A DNA stretch of 64,000 bases, taken from positions 61,767 to 125,766 of the forward strand of contig CAZTCS010000001.1 in the NCBI GenBank assembly GCA_964611995.1, in the 5' to 3' direction. The notes under the pieces are model-generated. The model searched no databases. It was not told where the DNA came from and worked only from the letters and a program-made list of their open reading frames with translations. Each line of letters begins with the position of its first letter. Within the stretch, counting starts at the first letter, position 1. This DNA comes from an uncultured Sediminibacterium sp. Its GTDB lineage: Bacteria > Bacteroidota > Bacteroidia > Chitinophagales > Chitinophagaceae. Below, piece by piece: positions 29,950 to 39,903 of the stretch. Both the position numbers and the translations under genes were made by a program.

Positions 29950-31357
29950 ATATATACTTCTTGCTGGTGCTGTTGTTTGGCTGAATGCATGTAAAGTGCC
30001 AGCTATTAATAGTAAACAGGAAGATAAGACTGTACCTGCGGTTTATAGCAAATCGCAGGACACCACCAATATGGTGAAATTAAAATGGCAACAGTATTTT
30101 ACGGATCCTAATCTGATTGCACTCATTGATACGGCCTTGCATAATAATCAGGAACTGAATATTATGTTACAGGAAATTGAAATGAGCAGGAATGAAATCA
30201 TGCAACGCAAAGGGGAATACAAACCTTTTGTGAATTTGAGTGCCGGACTAGCAGCCGATAAGGCCGGAAAATATACCTGGGATGGCATATCAGAAGAAGA
30301 CCTAAAAGCCAATCCGGAAAAGGGCCCTAAATATATAGGCGACTTTATGGTGAAAGCAGTGGCAAGTTGGGAGCTTGATGTTTGGAATAAGCTACACAAT
30401 GCTACTAAATCAGCCACCCTGCATTACCTCTCTACCATTGAGGGTAAAAATTTTATGATCACCAACCTGATTGCAGAGATAGCCGAGTCATATTATGAAT
30501 TGATGGCGCTTGATAACCAGTTGTTGATTGTAGAACAGAATATTGAACTGCAAACCAATGCCCTTAAAATTGTAAAGCAACAGAAAGAGGCCGCAAAAGT
30601 AACGCAGCTTGCTGTGAATAGGTTCGAAGCACAATTGCTCAATACACAGAATCTTCGTTATGAGATAGCGCAGCGGATCACCGAAAACGAAAACCGCATT
30701 CGTTTTCTTACTGGTTCCTATACAACGGCTATTCCGAGAAACCCGGCCTTGTTTATTGATATGCAACTGGAAGAAATGAAAGCAGGTGTTCCTTCTCAAT
30801 TACTTGTTAATCGACCTGATATTCGGCAGGCCGAGCTTGAGATGGAAGCTGCAAAAATTGATGTACAAGTTGCTAGGGCTAATTTTTATCCTTCTTTTAG
30901 GATTCAGGCAGGACTTGGTTTCCAGGCTTTCAACCCATTGTATCTTATTCGACCTGCATCTATCTTATATAACCTTGCTGGCGATATGATGGCACCATTG
31001 GTAAATAAGAATGCCATTACTGCCACCTATTATAATGCAAATGCACAGCAGATTCAGGCCGTATACAAATATGAGCAGGTAATATTGAATGCTTATACAG
31101 AAGTGTTGAATCAAATGGCCAAGGCAGACAACTTTAGTAAGAGCCATAGCATGAAACAGAAGGAAGTGGATATTTTATTTCAATCTGTACAGATATCGAA
31201 CAGTCTGTTTAATTCAGCTCGTGCTGATTATATGGAAGTGTTGCTTACGCAAAGAGAAGCTTTGGAATCAAAAATGGAATTAATTGAAATAAGGATGAAG
31301 CAGCTAAGTGCCAAAGTGAATGTATACAAAGCACTTGGTGGCGGATGGTTGCAATAA
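29933..31357 (+). CDS. Outer membrane efflux lipoprotein (OprM/TolC family)
   Basis: Lipobox LNAC, SWELDVW, RPDIRQAE, YKALGGGW. Start ATG 29933. Confidence 0.93.
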   Translation: MKLLIKYILLAGAVVWLNACKVPAINSKQEDKTVPAVYSKSQDTTNMVKLKWQQYFTDPNLIALIDTALHNNQELNIMLQEIEMSRNEIMQRKGEYKPFVNLSAGLAADKAGKYTWDGISEEDLKANPEKGPKYIGDFMVKAVASWELDVWNKLHNATKSATLHYLSTIEGKNFMITNLIAEIAESYYELMALDNQLLIVEQNIELQTNALKIVKQQKEAAKVTQLAVNRFEAQLLNTQNLRYEIAQRITENENRIRFLTGSYTTAIPRNPALFIDMQLEEMKAGVPSQLLVNRPDIRQAELEMEAAKIDVQVARANFYPSFRIQAGLGFQAFNPLYLIRPASILYNLAGDMMAPLVNKNAITATYYNANAQQIQAVYKYEQVILNAYTEVLNQMAKADNFSKSHSMKQKEVDILFQSVQISNSLFNSARADYMEVLLTQREALESKMELIEIRMKQLSAKVNVYKALGGGWLQ

Positions 31358-31408
31358 TTTTTAGCACGGAATAGAACAATAGCCAGGATTTATTGATTAA
31401 CAACGAGG

Positions 31409-31436
31409 GCGGCCGGGTTTATCCCGGCCGTTTTAT
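31409..31436 (+). terminator. Intrinsic terminator of the RND operon
   Basis: CGGCCGGG-TTTAT-CCCGGCCG followed by TTTTAT. Confidence 0.8.
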
Positions 31437-31481
31437 GTGCTGGAAAAAATCAAAATGAGTATCTTGTAATAAAACAATAAG

Positions 31482-32360
31482 ATGTTCAAAAGATTAATTC
31501 CCATTTTATTTCTACTGGCACTACTGCAATATGCTGGTGCGCAGGAAGTAGTGCGCATTTATGAAGGCAAAGCGCCAGGTTCAGAAAACTGGAACTGGAG
31601 TGAAGCCTATATAGAAAAAACAGCCTGGAATACGCCAGTTGTATATAATGTATCAGATCCCACCTTAACAGTGGTAAAGCCTGAGGCAGGTAAAGCAAAT
31701 GGAACAGCTGTGATTATTTGTCCGGGAGGAGGTTTTTTTGCGCATTCAATTGAGAACGAAGGATTGGGTGTTGCAAGATGGCTTGCTTCAAAAGGAGTTA
31801 CCTGTTTTGTATTGAAATACCGTCTGGCAAAAGCAACTGGCGACGACCCAATTAAAGATTTCAATGCTGCATTCGGAGATAAGGAATTACAGGCAAGGCA
31901 GCAGGCATCTATTCCATTGGCAATTGCTGATGGAAAACAAGCCATTGCATTTGTGCGTAAAAATGCCTCGAAATGGGGGCTAAAACCTAATGCGATAGGT
32001 ATTATGGGTTTTTCTGCCGGTGGTACTGTTGCCGGATCAGCAGGTTTTGGATATACGGCTGAGAATAAGCCTGATTTTGTAGCGCCCATTTATGCATTCT
32101 TACCTCCAGAAATGCAGGGAACGGTTGCGGCTGATGCACCGCCTATGTTTATTGCGGTGGCTTCTGATGACCAGATTGGTTTACAAACACATAGTGTTGC
32201 ATTGTATTCAAAATGGAATACGGCCAAAAAATCGGCTGAGTTGCATGTATATTATAAAGGTGGACATGGTTTTGGCATCCGCAAACAGCAACAGCCCAGT
32301 GATGCCTGGGCCGACCAGTTTTCAGAATGGCTGGGTTTTCAAGGGTTTCTGAAAAACTAG
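31482..32360 (+). CDS. Secreted alpha/beta hydrolase (BD-FAE/xylan esterase-like)
   Basis: IICPGGG oxyanion loop, GFSAGG nucleophile, GGHGFG. Confidence 0.88.
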   Translation: MFKRLIPILFLLALLQYAGAQEVVRIYEGKAPGSENWNWSEAYIEKTAWNTPVVYNVSDPTLTVVKPEAGKANGTAVIICPGGGFFAHSIENEGLGVARWLASKGVTCFVLKYRLAKATGDDPIKDFNAAFGDKELQARQQASIPLAIADGKQAIAFVRKNASKWGLKPNAIGIMGFSAGGTVAGSAGFGYTAENKPDFVAPIYAFLPPEMQGTVAADAPPMFIAVASDDQIGLQTHSVALYSKWNTAKKSAELHVYYKGGHGFGIRKQQQPSDAWADQFSEWLGFQGFLKN

Positions 32361-32420
32361 TTTTTAAACAGCGGGACTTAAGCTGCCGGTTTTGTGCTCA
32401 TAAATGCTTTTGTGGTACTG

Positions 32421-32478
32421 AAATAAGCCACAGATGCACAGATTATAGAACAATAATCTGCGCATCTGTGGCTTATTT
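32421..32478. repeat. CACAGA-unit inverted repeat
   Basis: AAATAAGCCACAGATGCACAGATTAT ... ATAATCTGCGCATCTGTGGCTTATTT, similar in make-up to 38362-38424. Confidence 0.8.
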
Positions 32479-32587
32479 TTTATTCAATTTAAATTTCCAC
32501 TCAAATTTTTTATTGAAAATCAATTAGTTACAAAGGTGCGATTAAAAATAGACCCCAAAATCTTTGGAAAATCGTATCAATCGGGCC

Positions 32588-32660
32588 TACCTTTGCCGTC
32601 CGAAAATTCGGGATATTAAAACCGGTGGGATAGCGCCGGATTCACTAAAAAAGAAATATT
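32588..32660 (+). promoter_or_regulatory. rplM promoter (-7 TACCTTTG) and structured 5' leader
   Basis: TACCTTTG at 32588, then hairpins TCCGAA/TTCGGG and CCGGTG/CGCCGG before the rplM ATG. Confidence 0.6.
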
Positions 32661-33104
32661 ATGAGTAAACTTCATTTCACCACCAAGCATGCAAATGCGG
32701 CTACTGTTCAGCACAACTGGTATGTGGTTGACGGTACTAATCAAACCGTAGGGCGTATTGCTTCAAAAATTGCTGCTGTTCTTCGTGGTAAGAACAAAGC
32801 ATATTATACACCGCACGTAGATTGTGGTGACTACGTAATTGTTATCAATGCTGAGAAAGTTGTTTTCACTGGTAACAAATTCGAAGACAAACAATATATC
32901 AATTTCTCTGGTTACCCAGGTGGTAAAAAAGAGGAAGCTGCACAGGATCTGATCAAGCGTCGTCCAGAAGTGATCATGGAAAGAGCGGTAAAAGGTATGT
33001 TACCTAAAAATCGTCTGGGTCGTAAAATGATCAAGAAAATGTTTGTTTATGCAGGTACTGCACATCCGCATGCTGCACAGCAACCTAAAGAACTGAAGTT
33101 CTAA
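32661..33104 (+). CDS. rplM: 50S ribosomal protein L13
   Basis: [36 protein letters not shown]. Confidence 0.98.
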   Translation: MSKLHFTTKHANAATVQHNWYVVDGTNQTVGRIASKIAAVLRGKNKAYYTPHVDCGDYVIVINAEKVVFTGNKFEDKQYINFSGYPGGKKEEAAQDLIKRRPEVIMERAVKGMLPKNRLGRKMIKKMFVYAGTAHPHAAQQPKELKF

Positions 33105-33140
33105 TCCACAACAAATTAGCTAATTACAAATTCCTGATAA

Positions 33141-33530
33141 ATGGAAAAACAAAAAAACGCAGTTGGTCGCCGTAAAGAAGCTGTTACCCGTGTATTCATA
33201 AGCAAGGGTGATGGTAAGATCACTGTAAACGGTAAAGATTATAAAGAATATTTTCCGCTGGTTTACCTGCAGAACCAGGTAGAATCGCCTTTGAAAACTG
33301 CTGAAGTACTGGATAAGTATGATGTAGTAATCAATGCACAAGGTGGTGGTTTAAAAGGCCAGGCCGAAGCAGCAAAATTGGGTATTGCCCGTGCACTGCT
33401 TGAAGTTAACGCTGAGTTCCGTCCGTCATTAAAAGCTGCCGGTCAACTGAAGCGCGATCCACGTGGTGTTGAGCGTAAGAAATTCGGTCATAAGAAAGCA
33501 CGTAGAAGCTACCAGTTCAGTAAGCGTTAA
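33141..33530 (+). CDS. rpsI: 30S ribosomal protein S9
   Basis: GRRKEAV, GGGLKGQAEA, ERKKFG..KARRSYQFSKR. Confidence 0.98.
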   Translation: MEKQKNAVGRRKEAVTRVFISKGDGKITVNGKDYKEYFPLVYLQNQVESPLKTAEVLDKYDVVINAQGGGLKGQAEAAKLGIARALLEVNAEFRPSLKAAGQLKRDPRGVERKKFGHKKARRSYQFSKR

Positions 33531-33534
33531 TAAC

Positions 33535-33603
33535 GGACCATGGTCCATAGTCAATGGTCCATGGTTAACAATAGGTATGGACCATGGACTATGGTCTATG
33601 GAC
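33535..33603. repeat. Heptamer-built inverted repeat in the rpsI-rpsB spacer
   Basis: GGACCATGGTCCATAGTCAATGGTCCATGG ... ATGGACCATGGACTATGGTCTATGGAC. Confidence 0.85.
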
Positions 33604-33638
33604 AACAACAAACAATTAAAATATTATAATCATACAAG

Positions 33639-34529
33639 ATGGAAAATAACACTTCATTGCAGCAACAACTTCTGGAGGCCGGCGTACACTTTGGTCACCT
33701 GAAAAAGAAGTGGAACCCTAAGATGTTACCATACATCTTTGCTGAGAAGAAAGGTATTCACATCATTGATCTGAATAAAACTGTTGACCACCTGCAGGAA
33801 GCTGCGGCCGCGGTTAAGCAGATCGCAAAAAGCGGTAAGAAGATCATGTTCGTGGCTACTAAAAAGCAGGCTAAAGAAATCGTTAGCGAATGTGCTAAGC
33901 GTGTGAACATGCCTTTTGCAACTGAACGTTGGTTAGGTGGTATGTTAACCAACTTCAACACTGTTCGTAAAAGTGTGAAGAAAATGCAGAGCATTGAAAA
34001 AATGCTTGCAGATGGTAGTGCTGAGAGCCTTACTAAAAAAGAACGTCTCACCCTGAGCCGCGATAAGGACAAAATGGAAAAAGTGCTCGGTGGTATCGCA
34101 CAACTGGGTCGTTTACCAGCAGCTTTATTCCTGGTTGATATCGGGCACGAGCATATCGCTTTGGCTGAAGCCAAGCGTTTAGGTATCACAACTTTTGGTA
34201 TGGTAGATACCAACTGTGATCCTAATAAAGTAGACTTCGCTATTCCTGCGAATGACGATGCTACTAAATCTATCGCAATCATTACCAACTATATCGTTGC
34301 TGCAATTGCAGAAGGACTGGCTGAGCGTCAGGCTTCAAAAGATGAAGAAGAAACAGAAGAGAGCAACAACGAAAACGAAGCAAAAGCCCGTCGTTTAGAA
34401 GCTGAAGCACAAGCTGAAGCTGGACGTGGTGGTCGCCGTGGTACTGGTAACACTACAGAAGCCGGAAGCGGTGCACCTAAGCGTCGTGTTCCAGGAAACC
34501 GTCGCCCTGCTGGCGGTGGAGGCAGATAA
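33639..34529 (+). CDS. rpsB: 30S ribosomal protein S2 with long C-terminal extension
   Basis: LLEAGVHFGH, WNPKM, RWLGGMLTN, DTNCDP, PANDD. Confidence 0.98.
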   Translation: MENNTSLQQQLLEAGVHFGHLKKKWNPKMLPYIFAEKKGIHIIDLNKTVDHLQEAAAAVKQIAKSGKKIMFVATKKQAKEIVSECAKRVNMPFATERWLGGMLTNFNTVRKSVKKMQSIEKMLADGSAESLTKKERLTLSRDKDKMEKVLGGIAQLGRLPAALFLVDIGHEHIALAEAKRLGITTFGMVDTNCDPNKVDFAIPANDDATKSIAIITNYIVAAIAEGLAERQASKDEEETEESNNENEAKARRLEAEAQAEAGRGGRRGTGNTTEAGSGAPKRRVPGNRRPAGGGGR

Positions 34530-34540
34530 TGAAGTAAACT

Positions 34541-34592
34541 AATTGGGTCATTACGTCATTATCTTTCCTGATAATGACATAATGACCCAATT
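34541..34592. repeat. Inverted repeat with GTCATTA subunits in the rpsB-tsf spacer
   Basis: AATTGGGTCATTACGTCATTATC-TTTCCT-GATAATGACATAATGACCCAATT. Confidence 0.8.
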
Positions 34593-34740
34593 TATATATA
34601 CCCTTCAAGCATTTGCTGCTCAGGCATTGTATTTGACAATGACTGTTCACAATTTAATAAAACGGGAATGGTTTAGAAACTGGTAGTTTTTATAACCTTA
34701 CAGCTCCCAAAGTATTCAACATAATAAATTACAACATACT

Positions 34741-35577
34741 ATGAGTACGGTAACAATAACAGCCGCTGATATTAACAAATTGCGCCAGGCTACAGGTGCC
34801 GGCATGATGGATTGTCGTAAAGCTTTGACTGAAACCAATGGCGATTTTGAAGCTGCCATCGATTGGTTACGTAAACAAGGCCAGAAAGTTGCTGCAAAAC
34901 GTAGCGACCGTGAAGCTAAAGAAGGTGTGATCATCGCTAAAACATCTGCTGATAACAAAACAGGTTTTGTGGTTTGTATTAGCTGTGAAACTGACTTCGT
35001 ATCTAAAAATGCAGACTTCGTAGCGTTTGCTCAATCTATTGCAGATGCTGCTGTAGCCAATGATGTAAAATCTGCAGAAGAACTGAATGAAGTTGTGATC
35101 AATGGCGCTAAAGTTGCTGATATGATCAACGATAAACTGGCTTCAATCGGAGAAAAAATCGGTATCGCAAGATTCGAAAGAATTGAAGCTCCTTATGTAG
35201 CATCTTATATTCATGGTGCATACCGTATGGGTGTACTTGTAGGACTTAGCAGCGATGCTCCTGATGCTGGTAAAGACGTTGCAATGCAGATTGCAGCTAT
35301 GAACCCGCTTGCAGTAGACGCAAACAGCATTCCTGCTGAAACTATTGAAAGAGAAAGAGCTATCGTGGTAGATACTATGAAAGCTGATCCTAAAATGGCA
35401 GGTAAACCAGATGATATGATCGCTAAGATTGCAGAAGGTAAACTGAATGCTTTCTTCAAAGAAAATACACTGCTTGCACAAGCTTTTGTGAAAGATGGTG
35501 GTATAACCGTAGAAGCTTACCTGAAATCTGCAGGTGACGTAAAAGTTACCAGCTTTAAGCGTGTGGCTTTAGGATAA
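34741..35577 (+). CDS. tsf: Elongation factor Ts
   Basis: LRQATGAGMMDCRKAL, CETDFV, VAMQIAAMNP. Confidence 0.98.
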   Translation: MSTVTITAADINKLRQATGAGMMDCRKALTETNGDFEAAIDWLRKQGQKVAAKRSDREAKEGVIIAKTSADNKTGFVVCISCETDFVSKNADFVAFAQSIADAAVANDVKSAEELNEVVINGAKVADMINDKLASIGEKIGIARFERIEAPYVASYIHGAYRMGVLVGLSSDAPDAGKDVAMQIAAMNPLAVDANSIPAETIERERAIVVDTMKADPKMAGKPDDMIAKIAEGKLNAFFKENTLLAQAFVKDGGITVEAYLKSAGDVKVTSFKRVALG

Positions 35578-35602
35578 AATGGTATTTGAGTGGATTTTAT
35601 AT

Positions 35603-35633
35603 AAGGGAGATGAATTTTCATCTCCCTTTTTTT
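35603..35633 (+). terminator. Intrinsic terminator after tsf
   Basis: AAGGGAGATGAA-TT-TTCATCTCCCTT followed by a T tract. Confidence 0.85.
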
Positions 35634-35661
35634 ATCCTTCATTATACAATGACCTCAGAAC

Positions 35662-36156
35662 TTAGATCCCCAACAAATACATAAAAGTATAAGTGTCACC
35701 AAAATGCTCATTGGCCACTGGTGCAAAAAGATACCATAACAGGCAATCAAGTAACAAATGATTATCGCCAGAACCTGTAATGCGTACTTTTAATTCATTG
35801 TTTGCCGTGTCTAATCCATAGGCCAAAATTTCCTGGTCATTATCACATATTACATATTCAGCAAGCGGATTGTTGCGAACTTTTAGTTTTAGCTGTTTAC
35901 CCTCAAATTCAACGATAGAGCTATTAGCATACCATTTTTCCGGGTAAACTTTAAGTACTTCCTGATTATCCCCATCCGTAATGGTTAAAGCTGATTTCCA
36001 GAACCCAATACGCTTAATTTCAAATACCTGCTTTTGGATTTCACAAGTAGCTTTGCTTTCAAGCGTATTCGGAAAAATTTCCAGCTTTGCTTTTTCATTA
36101 CCATCAATGGTAAATTCATAAATGCTATTACTGATCTTATTCCAGACTTTTTTCAT
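35662..36156 (-). CDS. Hypothetical protein (beta-rich with C-terminal helix, possibly Tubby/LURP-like)
   Basis: 164 aa ATG ORF. Fold assignment is only a guess from the residue pattern. Confidence 0.65.
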   Translation of the reverse strand: MKKVWNKISNSIYEFTIDGNEKAKLEIFPNTLESKATCEIQKQVFEIKRIGFWKSALTITDGDNQEVLKVYPEKWYANSSIVEFEGKQLKLKVRNNPLAEYVICDNDQEILAYGLDTANNELKVRITGSGDNHLLLDCLLWYLFAPVANEHFGDTYTFMYLLGI

Positions 36157-36317
36157 GGTATTTTTTTTCTACTACAAACTGCAACAAAAAAAGTTGCATA
36201 ACTTAAATGAGGAAACAATTAATTCATATTAGGGCAAAGGCTGATAACCACATAATTATGTGATCCAATAAATTGTAACTGAGGATGCAATTTTACGTTA
36301 AGCTAAAAATTAACTAC

Positions 36318-37778
36318 ATGAAATACCTTTTATCTGTTTTCGCAATCTGTATATGTATGCCTGTTTTTTCGCAGATTAAAATCCATATTAAAATAGACTC
36401 ATCTATCCAGAAGAACTTTACGGGTAAGCTGTACGTTTTTACACAAACAGATACCACCAAAGGAATACCCAACGACCCGGATCCTTCACTACCCATGTTT
36501 GCCTGGAAGGTTAAAAACCTGAAGCAATCTACCACCCTTTCAATCGATAAGACGGATAGTAGATTGTTGCCTGATAATCAGACAAGCCTGAAACCAGGGT
36601 ATTATAAAATTGCAGGAATCATTGATGCAGATTTTGAAGAAAGAGGTAGAAATAATCCTGGTAATATTTATGCCAGGAAAGAAGTGATTTTAAAAGTGAA
36701 TGAACAAGGTGAAGGCGAAGCTACCCTTGTATTTCAATCTATTATAAACCCCAGAAAATTTACCGAAACATCCATTGTTAAGGAGGTAACACTAAAAAGC
36801 AAATTGCTTTCCGCTTTCAGAAAGAAAGACATATTCATGAAAGCTGCTGTAAGGTTACCTGCATCTTATCAAGCAGAAAATAATCGGCAATATCCGGTTG
36901 TATTTGTTATACCGGGATGGGGTGGTACACATTACGATCTTATGTCGAACAATCCTGTTCAACGTTATGGAATGACAATGGGCAAGGAAAAAATTTATGT
37001 TTACCTAAATCCTGAAACACAGTCACCATTTGGCTTACATGCATTTGTAGATTCAAGGGTAAACGGTCCTTGGGGTAAAGCGCTCGTGGAAGAAATGGTG
37101 CCTTATCTTGAAAAGGAATTCCGGATTGTAAAAGATGCCAATCAACATTTTGTTATGGGGCAAAGTACCGGAGGTTATGGGTCATTATGGTTACAGTTGA
37201 ATTATCCCGATGCATTTGGCGGATGTTGGGCTGTTTCGCCCGATCCGGTTGACTTTAGTTCTTTTACCGGGGTTAATCTTTATGAACCCAATGCTAATAT
37301 GTATACCGATAAGGAAGGCAAGGAAAGAGGTTTTTTTATCGTTGATGGCAAACCTCTGTTTACAACACGCAGTTTTATCAGCACCGAAATATTTATTGGC
37401 GATGGCGAACAGTTTCAGGCTTTTGAAGCAGAGTTTGGTATGCCCGATAAAAATGGCAGACCCCGCAAAGTGTTCGATCGTACTACGGGTCTGATAGATA
37501 AGGCTGTGGTTAAGACTTGGGAGGACTATGACCTCGGTTTGTTTGTGCAGAAGCATGCAAAAAAACTGGCTGCAACTTTGAAAGATAAGGTACATGTATA
37601 TGCAGGTACAATCGATAATTTTTTTCTGCAGGAGGCTGTGCATGCATTTGGCGAGAAAGCTAAAGCCGCCAACCTTCCTCTGGTGGCAGAACTAATACCT
37701 GGTGCAGACCACTGGAGTATCTGGTCCCCGGCATTCACCTCCCGCGTACAAAAAGAAATCGATGCCCGTATAAAATAG
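36318..37778 (+). CDS. Secreted putative esterase (alpha/beta hydrolase)
   Basis: Signal peptide, VRLPASY, DSRVNGPWG, GQSTGG nucleophile, GADH. Confidence 0.85.
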   Translation: MKYLLSVFAICICMPVFSQIKIHIKIDSSIQKNFTGKLYVFTQTDTTKGIPNDPDPSLPMFAWKVKNLKQSTTLSIDKTDSRLLPDNQTSLKPGYYKIAGIIDADFEERGRNNPGNIYARKEVILKVNEQGEGEATLVFQSIINPRKFTETSIVKEVTLKSKLLSAFRKKDIFMKAAVRLPASYQAENNRQYPVVFVIPGWGGTHYDLMSNNPVQRYGMTMGKEKIYVYLNPETQSPFGLHAFVDSRVNGPWGKALVEEMVPYLEKEFRIVKDANQHFVMGQSTGGYGSLWLQLNYPDAFGGCWAVSPDPVDFSSFTGVNLYEPNANMYTDKEGKERGFFIVDGKPLFTTRSFISTEIFIGDGEQFQAFEAEFGMPDKNGRPRKVFDRTTGLIDKAVVKTWEDYDLGLFVQKHAKKLAATLKDKVHVYAGTIDNFFLQEAVHAFGEKAKAANLPLVAELIPGADHWSIWSPAFTSRVQKEIDARIK

Positions 37779-37787
37779 CGTCCTACC

Positions 37788-37847
37788 TGCGTAAACTTAG
37801 CGCCCTCTTGTTCTCCGCGGTGAACAAGAGGGCGCTAAGTTTACGCA
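37788..37847. repeat. REP-like palindrome, CTCTGCG/GCGGTGAA family
   Basis: Perfect 26 bp arms TGCGTAAACTTAGCGCCCTCTTGTTC / GAACAAGAGGGCGCTAAGTTTACGCA, homologous to 48819 and 56872. Confidence 0.9.
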
Positions 37848-37854
37848 TAGGTTG

Positions 37855-38328
37855 TTAACGTCGGCTGAGAATAAACTCGCAATTGGGATATGTTTCTTTC
37901 CAAGCTTCACCACGAGGCATATCCGCTTCGTAAAGGTGTACGCCGAAACTATTTAAATGCGGGAAATTTTTCAGCAACATTTCAGCAGCATTTACAGATA
38001 CTTCCGTATGCCTTATATGCAGCTCTTCTAACATGGTAAGGTGTAGAATACAATCGAGGTTATCGTCGTTTAAAGCCATGGAACCAAGGTCGAGAAAATA
38101 TACTTGCGTTATTTTTTTTAATAATTGCAAACCATCTGCTGTTACAAAAGATCCACGTAAAACAAGGCGGTCAATGCTGTTTACATATTTGGTAATGAAA
38201 AACAGAGTTGCATCATCAGTGTCAGCATCCGGTGCACCAAACTGCGAAATATGTGTGGGTATATTTTTGCTGTTTTTTGTGTTGAAATAAGTTTGAAGCA
38301 GATGCTTTTCCTGGCTTTTCGATAACAT
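37855..38328 (-). CDS. Small leucine-rich-repeat-like protein
   Basis: LxxLxL pattern repeated: IDRLVLRGSFVT, VYFLDLGSMALN, LEELHIRHTEVS. Confidence 0.65.
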   Translation of the reverse strand: MLSKSQEKHLLQTYFNTKNSKNIPTHISQFGAPDADTDDATLFFITKYVNSIDRLVLRGSFVTADGLQLLKKITQVYFLDLGSMALNDDNLDCILHLTMLEELHIRHTEVSVNAAEMLLKNFPHLNSFGVHLYEADMPRGEAWKETYPNCEFILSRR

Positions 38329-38361
38329 GCTTTATATCTTTTCTGTATACTTTCAATTATA

Positions 38362-38424
38362 TTGCCACTGAGTACACAGAATTACACAGAATATTTCAGT
38401 GCATTTCTGTGTACTCAGTGGCAA
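38362..38424. repeat. CACAGA-unit inverted repeat
   Basis: TTGCCACTGAGTACACAGAA ... TTCTGTGTACTCAGTGGCAA, 20 bp arms. Confidence 0.85.
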
Positions 38425-38428
38425 CAAA

Positions 38429-38797
38429 TTATCGATTATACAATTTCTGATTATAAATATAAGATGTAATACCCGCACCAAAAACGAGTATCATCATACT
38501 CATGCCAGGATCTATTCCTCCAACTTTGATTACTGAATACATTGCACCTATTAAATCGAAAGCCAATCCTGCATAGGCCCACTCTTTTACTTTCTTGAAT
38601 GATGGAATAAGAATAGCAATAGAGCCCAATAATTTAGCTACACCGATAAAAGGAATAAAATATTCAGGGTAACCTAAGTAACCTGTTAAGAATGCTTTTG
38701 ACTCGGCATTAACCATAATATTGGGGATAGCCGAAAAAATCATGAATCCAGCGAATAGAATCGTAGATATCCAGTAAACTAGTTTGGTTGTTTTCAT
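38429..38797 (-). CDS. DoxX-like family membrane protein
   Basis: YWISTILF, LGYPEYF, KEWAYAG. Confidence 0.9.
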   Translation of the reverse strand: MKTTKLVYWISTILFAGFMIFSAIPNIMVNAESKAFLTGYLGYPEYFIPFIGVAKLLGSIAILIPSFKKVKEWAYAGLAFDLIGAMYSVIKVGGIDPGMSMMILVFGAGITSYIYNQKLYNR

Positions 38798-38816
38798 ATG
38801 GTAGTGTTTTTTGAGT

Positions 38817-38935
38817 GAAGTCCGGAAGTCCGGAAGTCCGGAAGTCCGATGTCAGAGATCAGAGATCAAATGCTGGTTTATAAATTTAGTGATCTCTTTC
38901 GGACTTTCCGACCCCTGACTTTCGGACTTTCCAAC
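38817..38935. repeat. Octamer-built inverted element (GAAGTCCG x4 ... CGGACTTT-like)
   Basis: Four exact GAAGTCCG copies at 38817-38848, two TCAGAGA units, then degenerate reverse-complement units at 38890-38935. Confidence 0.85.
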
Positions 38936-39903
38936 TATTTTTTAGCCACACAGTTAATCATCCAGTTAATGCCATACTTATCTGTGAAGCTTCCAAAATA
39001 AGCACCGAAGAACATATCTTCTAATGGCATGTCAATCTTTCCTCCATCTGATAGTGCATTGAATAATCTTTCTGCCTCACCCCTTGTCTCAGGTTCAACA
39101 CAAATATGCATGTTGTTGCCAGTATTAATGGTGAAGCCCATTTCTTTAGGTGCATCTGTTCCCATGAGAATATGATTGCCTGTTATTGGTAACTCAACAT
39201 GCAATACCATTTTTTTAATTTCATCTGCTACTGGTGGGTGATTCGAATCAGGTGGTAAATCTCCAAACCGTTGAATACCCCCTGCGATAAAAGCTGTTTT
39301 AAATACGGATTGATAAAACCTAAATGCTTCTTCTGTTTTTCCATCAAAATTCAGGTAGGTACAAACCCGGGCTTTTGTATCTGTTTTCATTGCTGCATGT
39401 AGTTGAAATTTCGCCTGAATGTATTGATCAAGGTTTTCCATCGCCATCGCAAATCCTTCTTTGAAACCAAGCGATACTATTTTCTCCAGATCAGCCAGCG
39501 ACTGGTAGGCAATCACAATGCTAACGGTGGTAATATCATCCTTTTCACTAAATCTGTTGGTCCAGTGTGCTCGTGGGAAAGCGGTATTGATATTACCTTC
39601 TTCATCACAAAAAGCATCAAGGCCGGAGAAAGTAACTTGTGGGTCAATATGTTCGTAATCAGCACGACACCAATGACAATCGCTTTCCGGACCTACCATT
39701 CGATAATGCCAGGAACCACCTTCGCGGAAGTCCATCGATTTGGTAATTGTTTGGTATGGTTTAGGAGCCCACCACTGATCGAGCAACTCGGGTTTTGTCC
39801 ATGCATCCCATACAAAATTTACATTAGCAGCAAACTCCCGTTGTACATGAATGGTGTTTGTTTCTTTGTTAACTGTGAAATCAAAAAACAATGCGCGGTT
39901 CAT
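38935..39903 (-). CDS. SRPBCC (AHSA1) - VOC/PhnB fusion protein
   Basis: N-half [26 protein letters not shown]; C-half [31 protein letters not shown]. Confidence 0.88.
   Translation of the reverse strand: MNRALFFDFTVNKETNTIHVQREFAANVNFVWDAWTKPELLDQWWAPKPYQTITKSMDFREGGSWHYRMVGPESDCHWCRADYEHIDPQVTFSGLDAFCDEEGNINTAFPRAHWTNRFSEKDDITTVSIVIAYQSLADLEKIVSLGFKEGFAMAMENLDQYIQAKFQLHAAMKTDTKARVCTYLNFDGKTEEAFRFYQSVFKTAFIAGGIQRFGDLPPDSNHPPVADEIKKMVLHVELPITGNHILMGTDAPKEMGFTINTGNNMHICVEPETRGEAERLFNALSDGGKIDMPLEDMFFGAYFGSFTDKYGINWMINCVAKK

Noticed and set aside
36180-36198. TGCAAC-N7-GTTGCA as a second site for the merC regulator
   Set aside because: Spacer is 7 nt rather than 3 nt and the flanking genes have no metal link; may bind another factor or be chance
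38817-38935. Short repeats considered as a CRISPR array (also 33535-33603 and 6650-6718)
   Set aside because: Units are 7-8 bp and contiguous, with no unique spacers and no cas genes
37779-38935. Integron cassette array
   Set aside because: The hairpins are unrelated to each other, lack attC core-site ends, and no integrase is present
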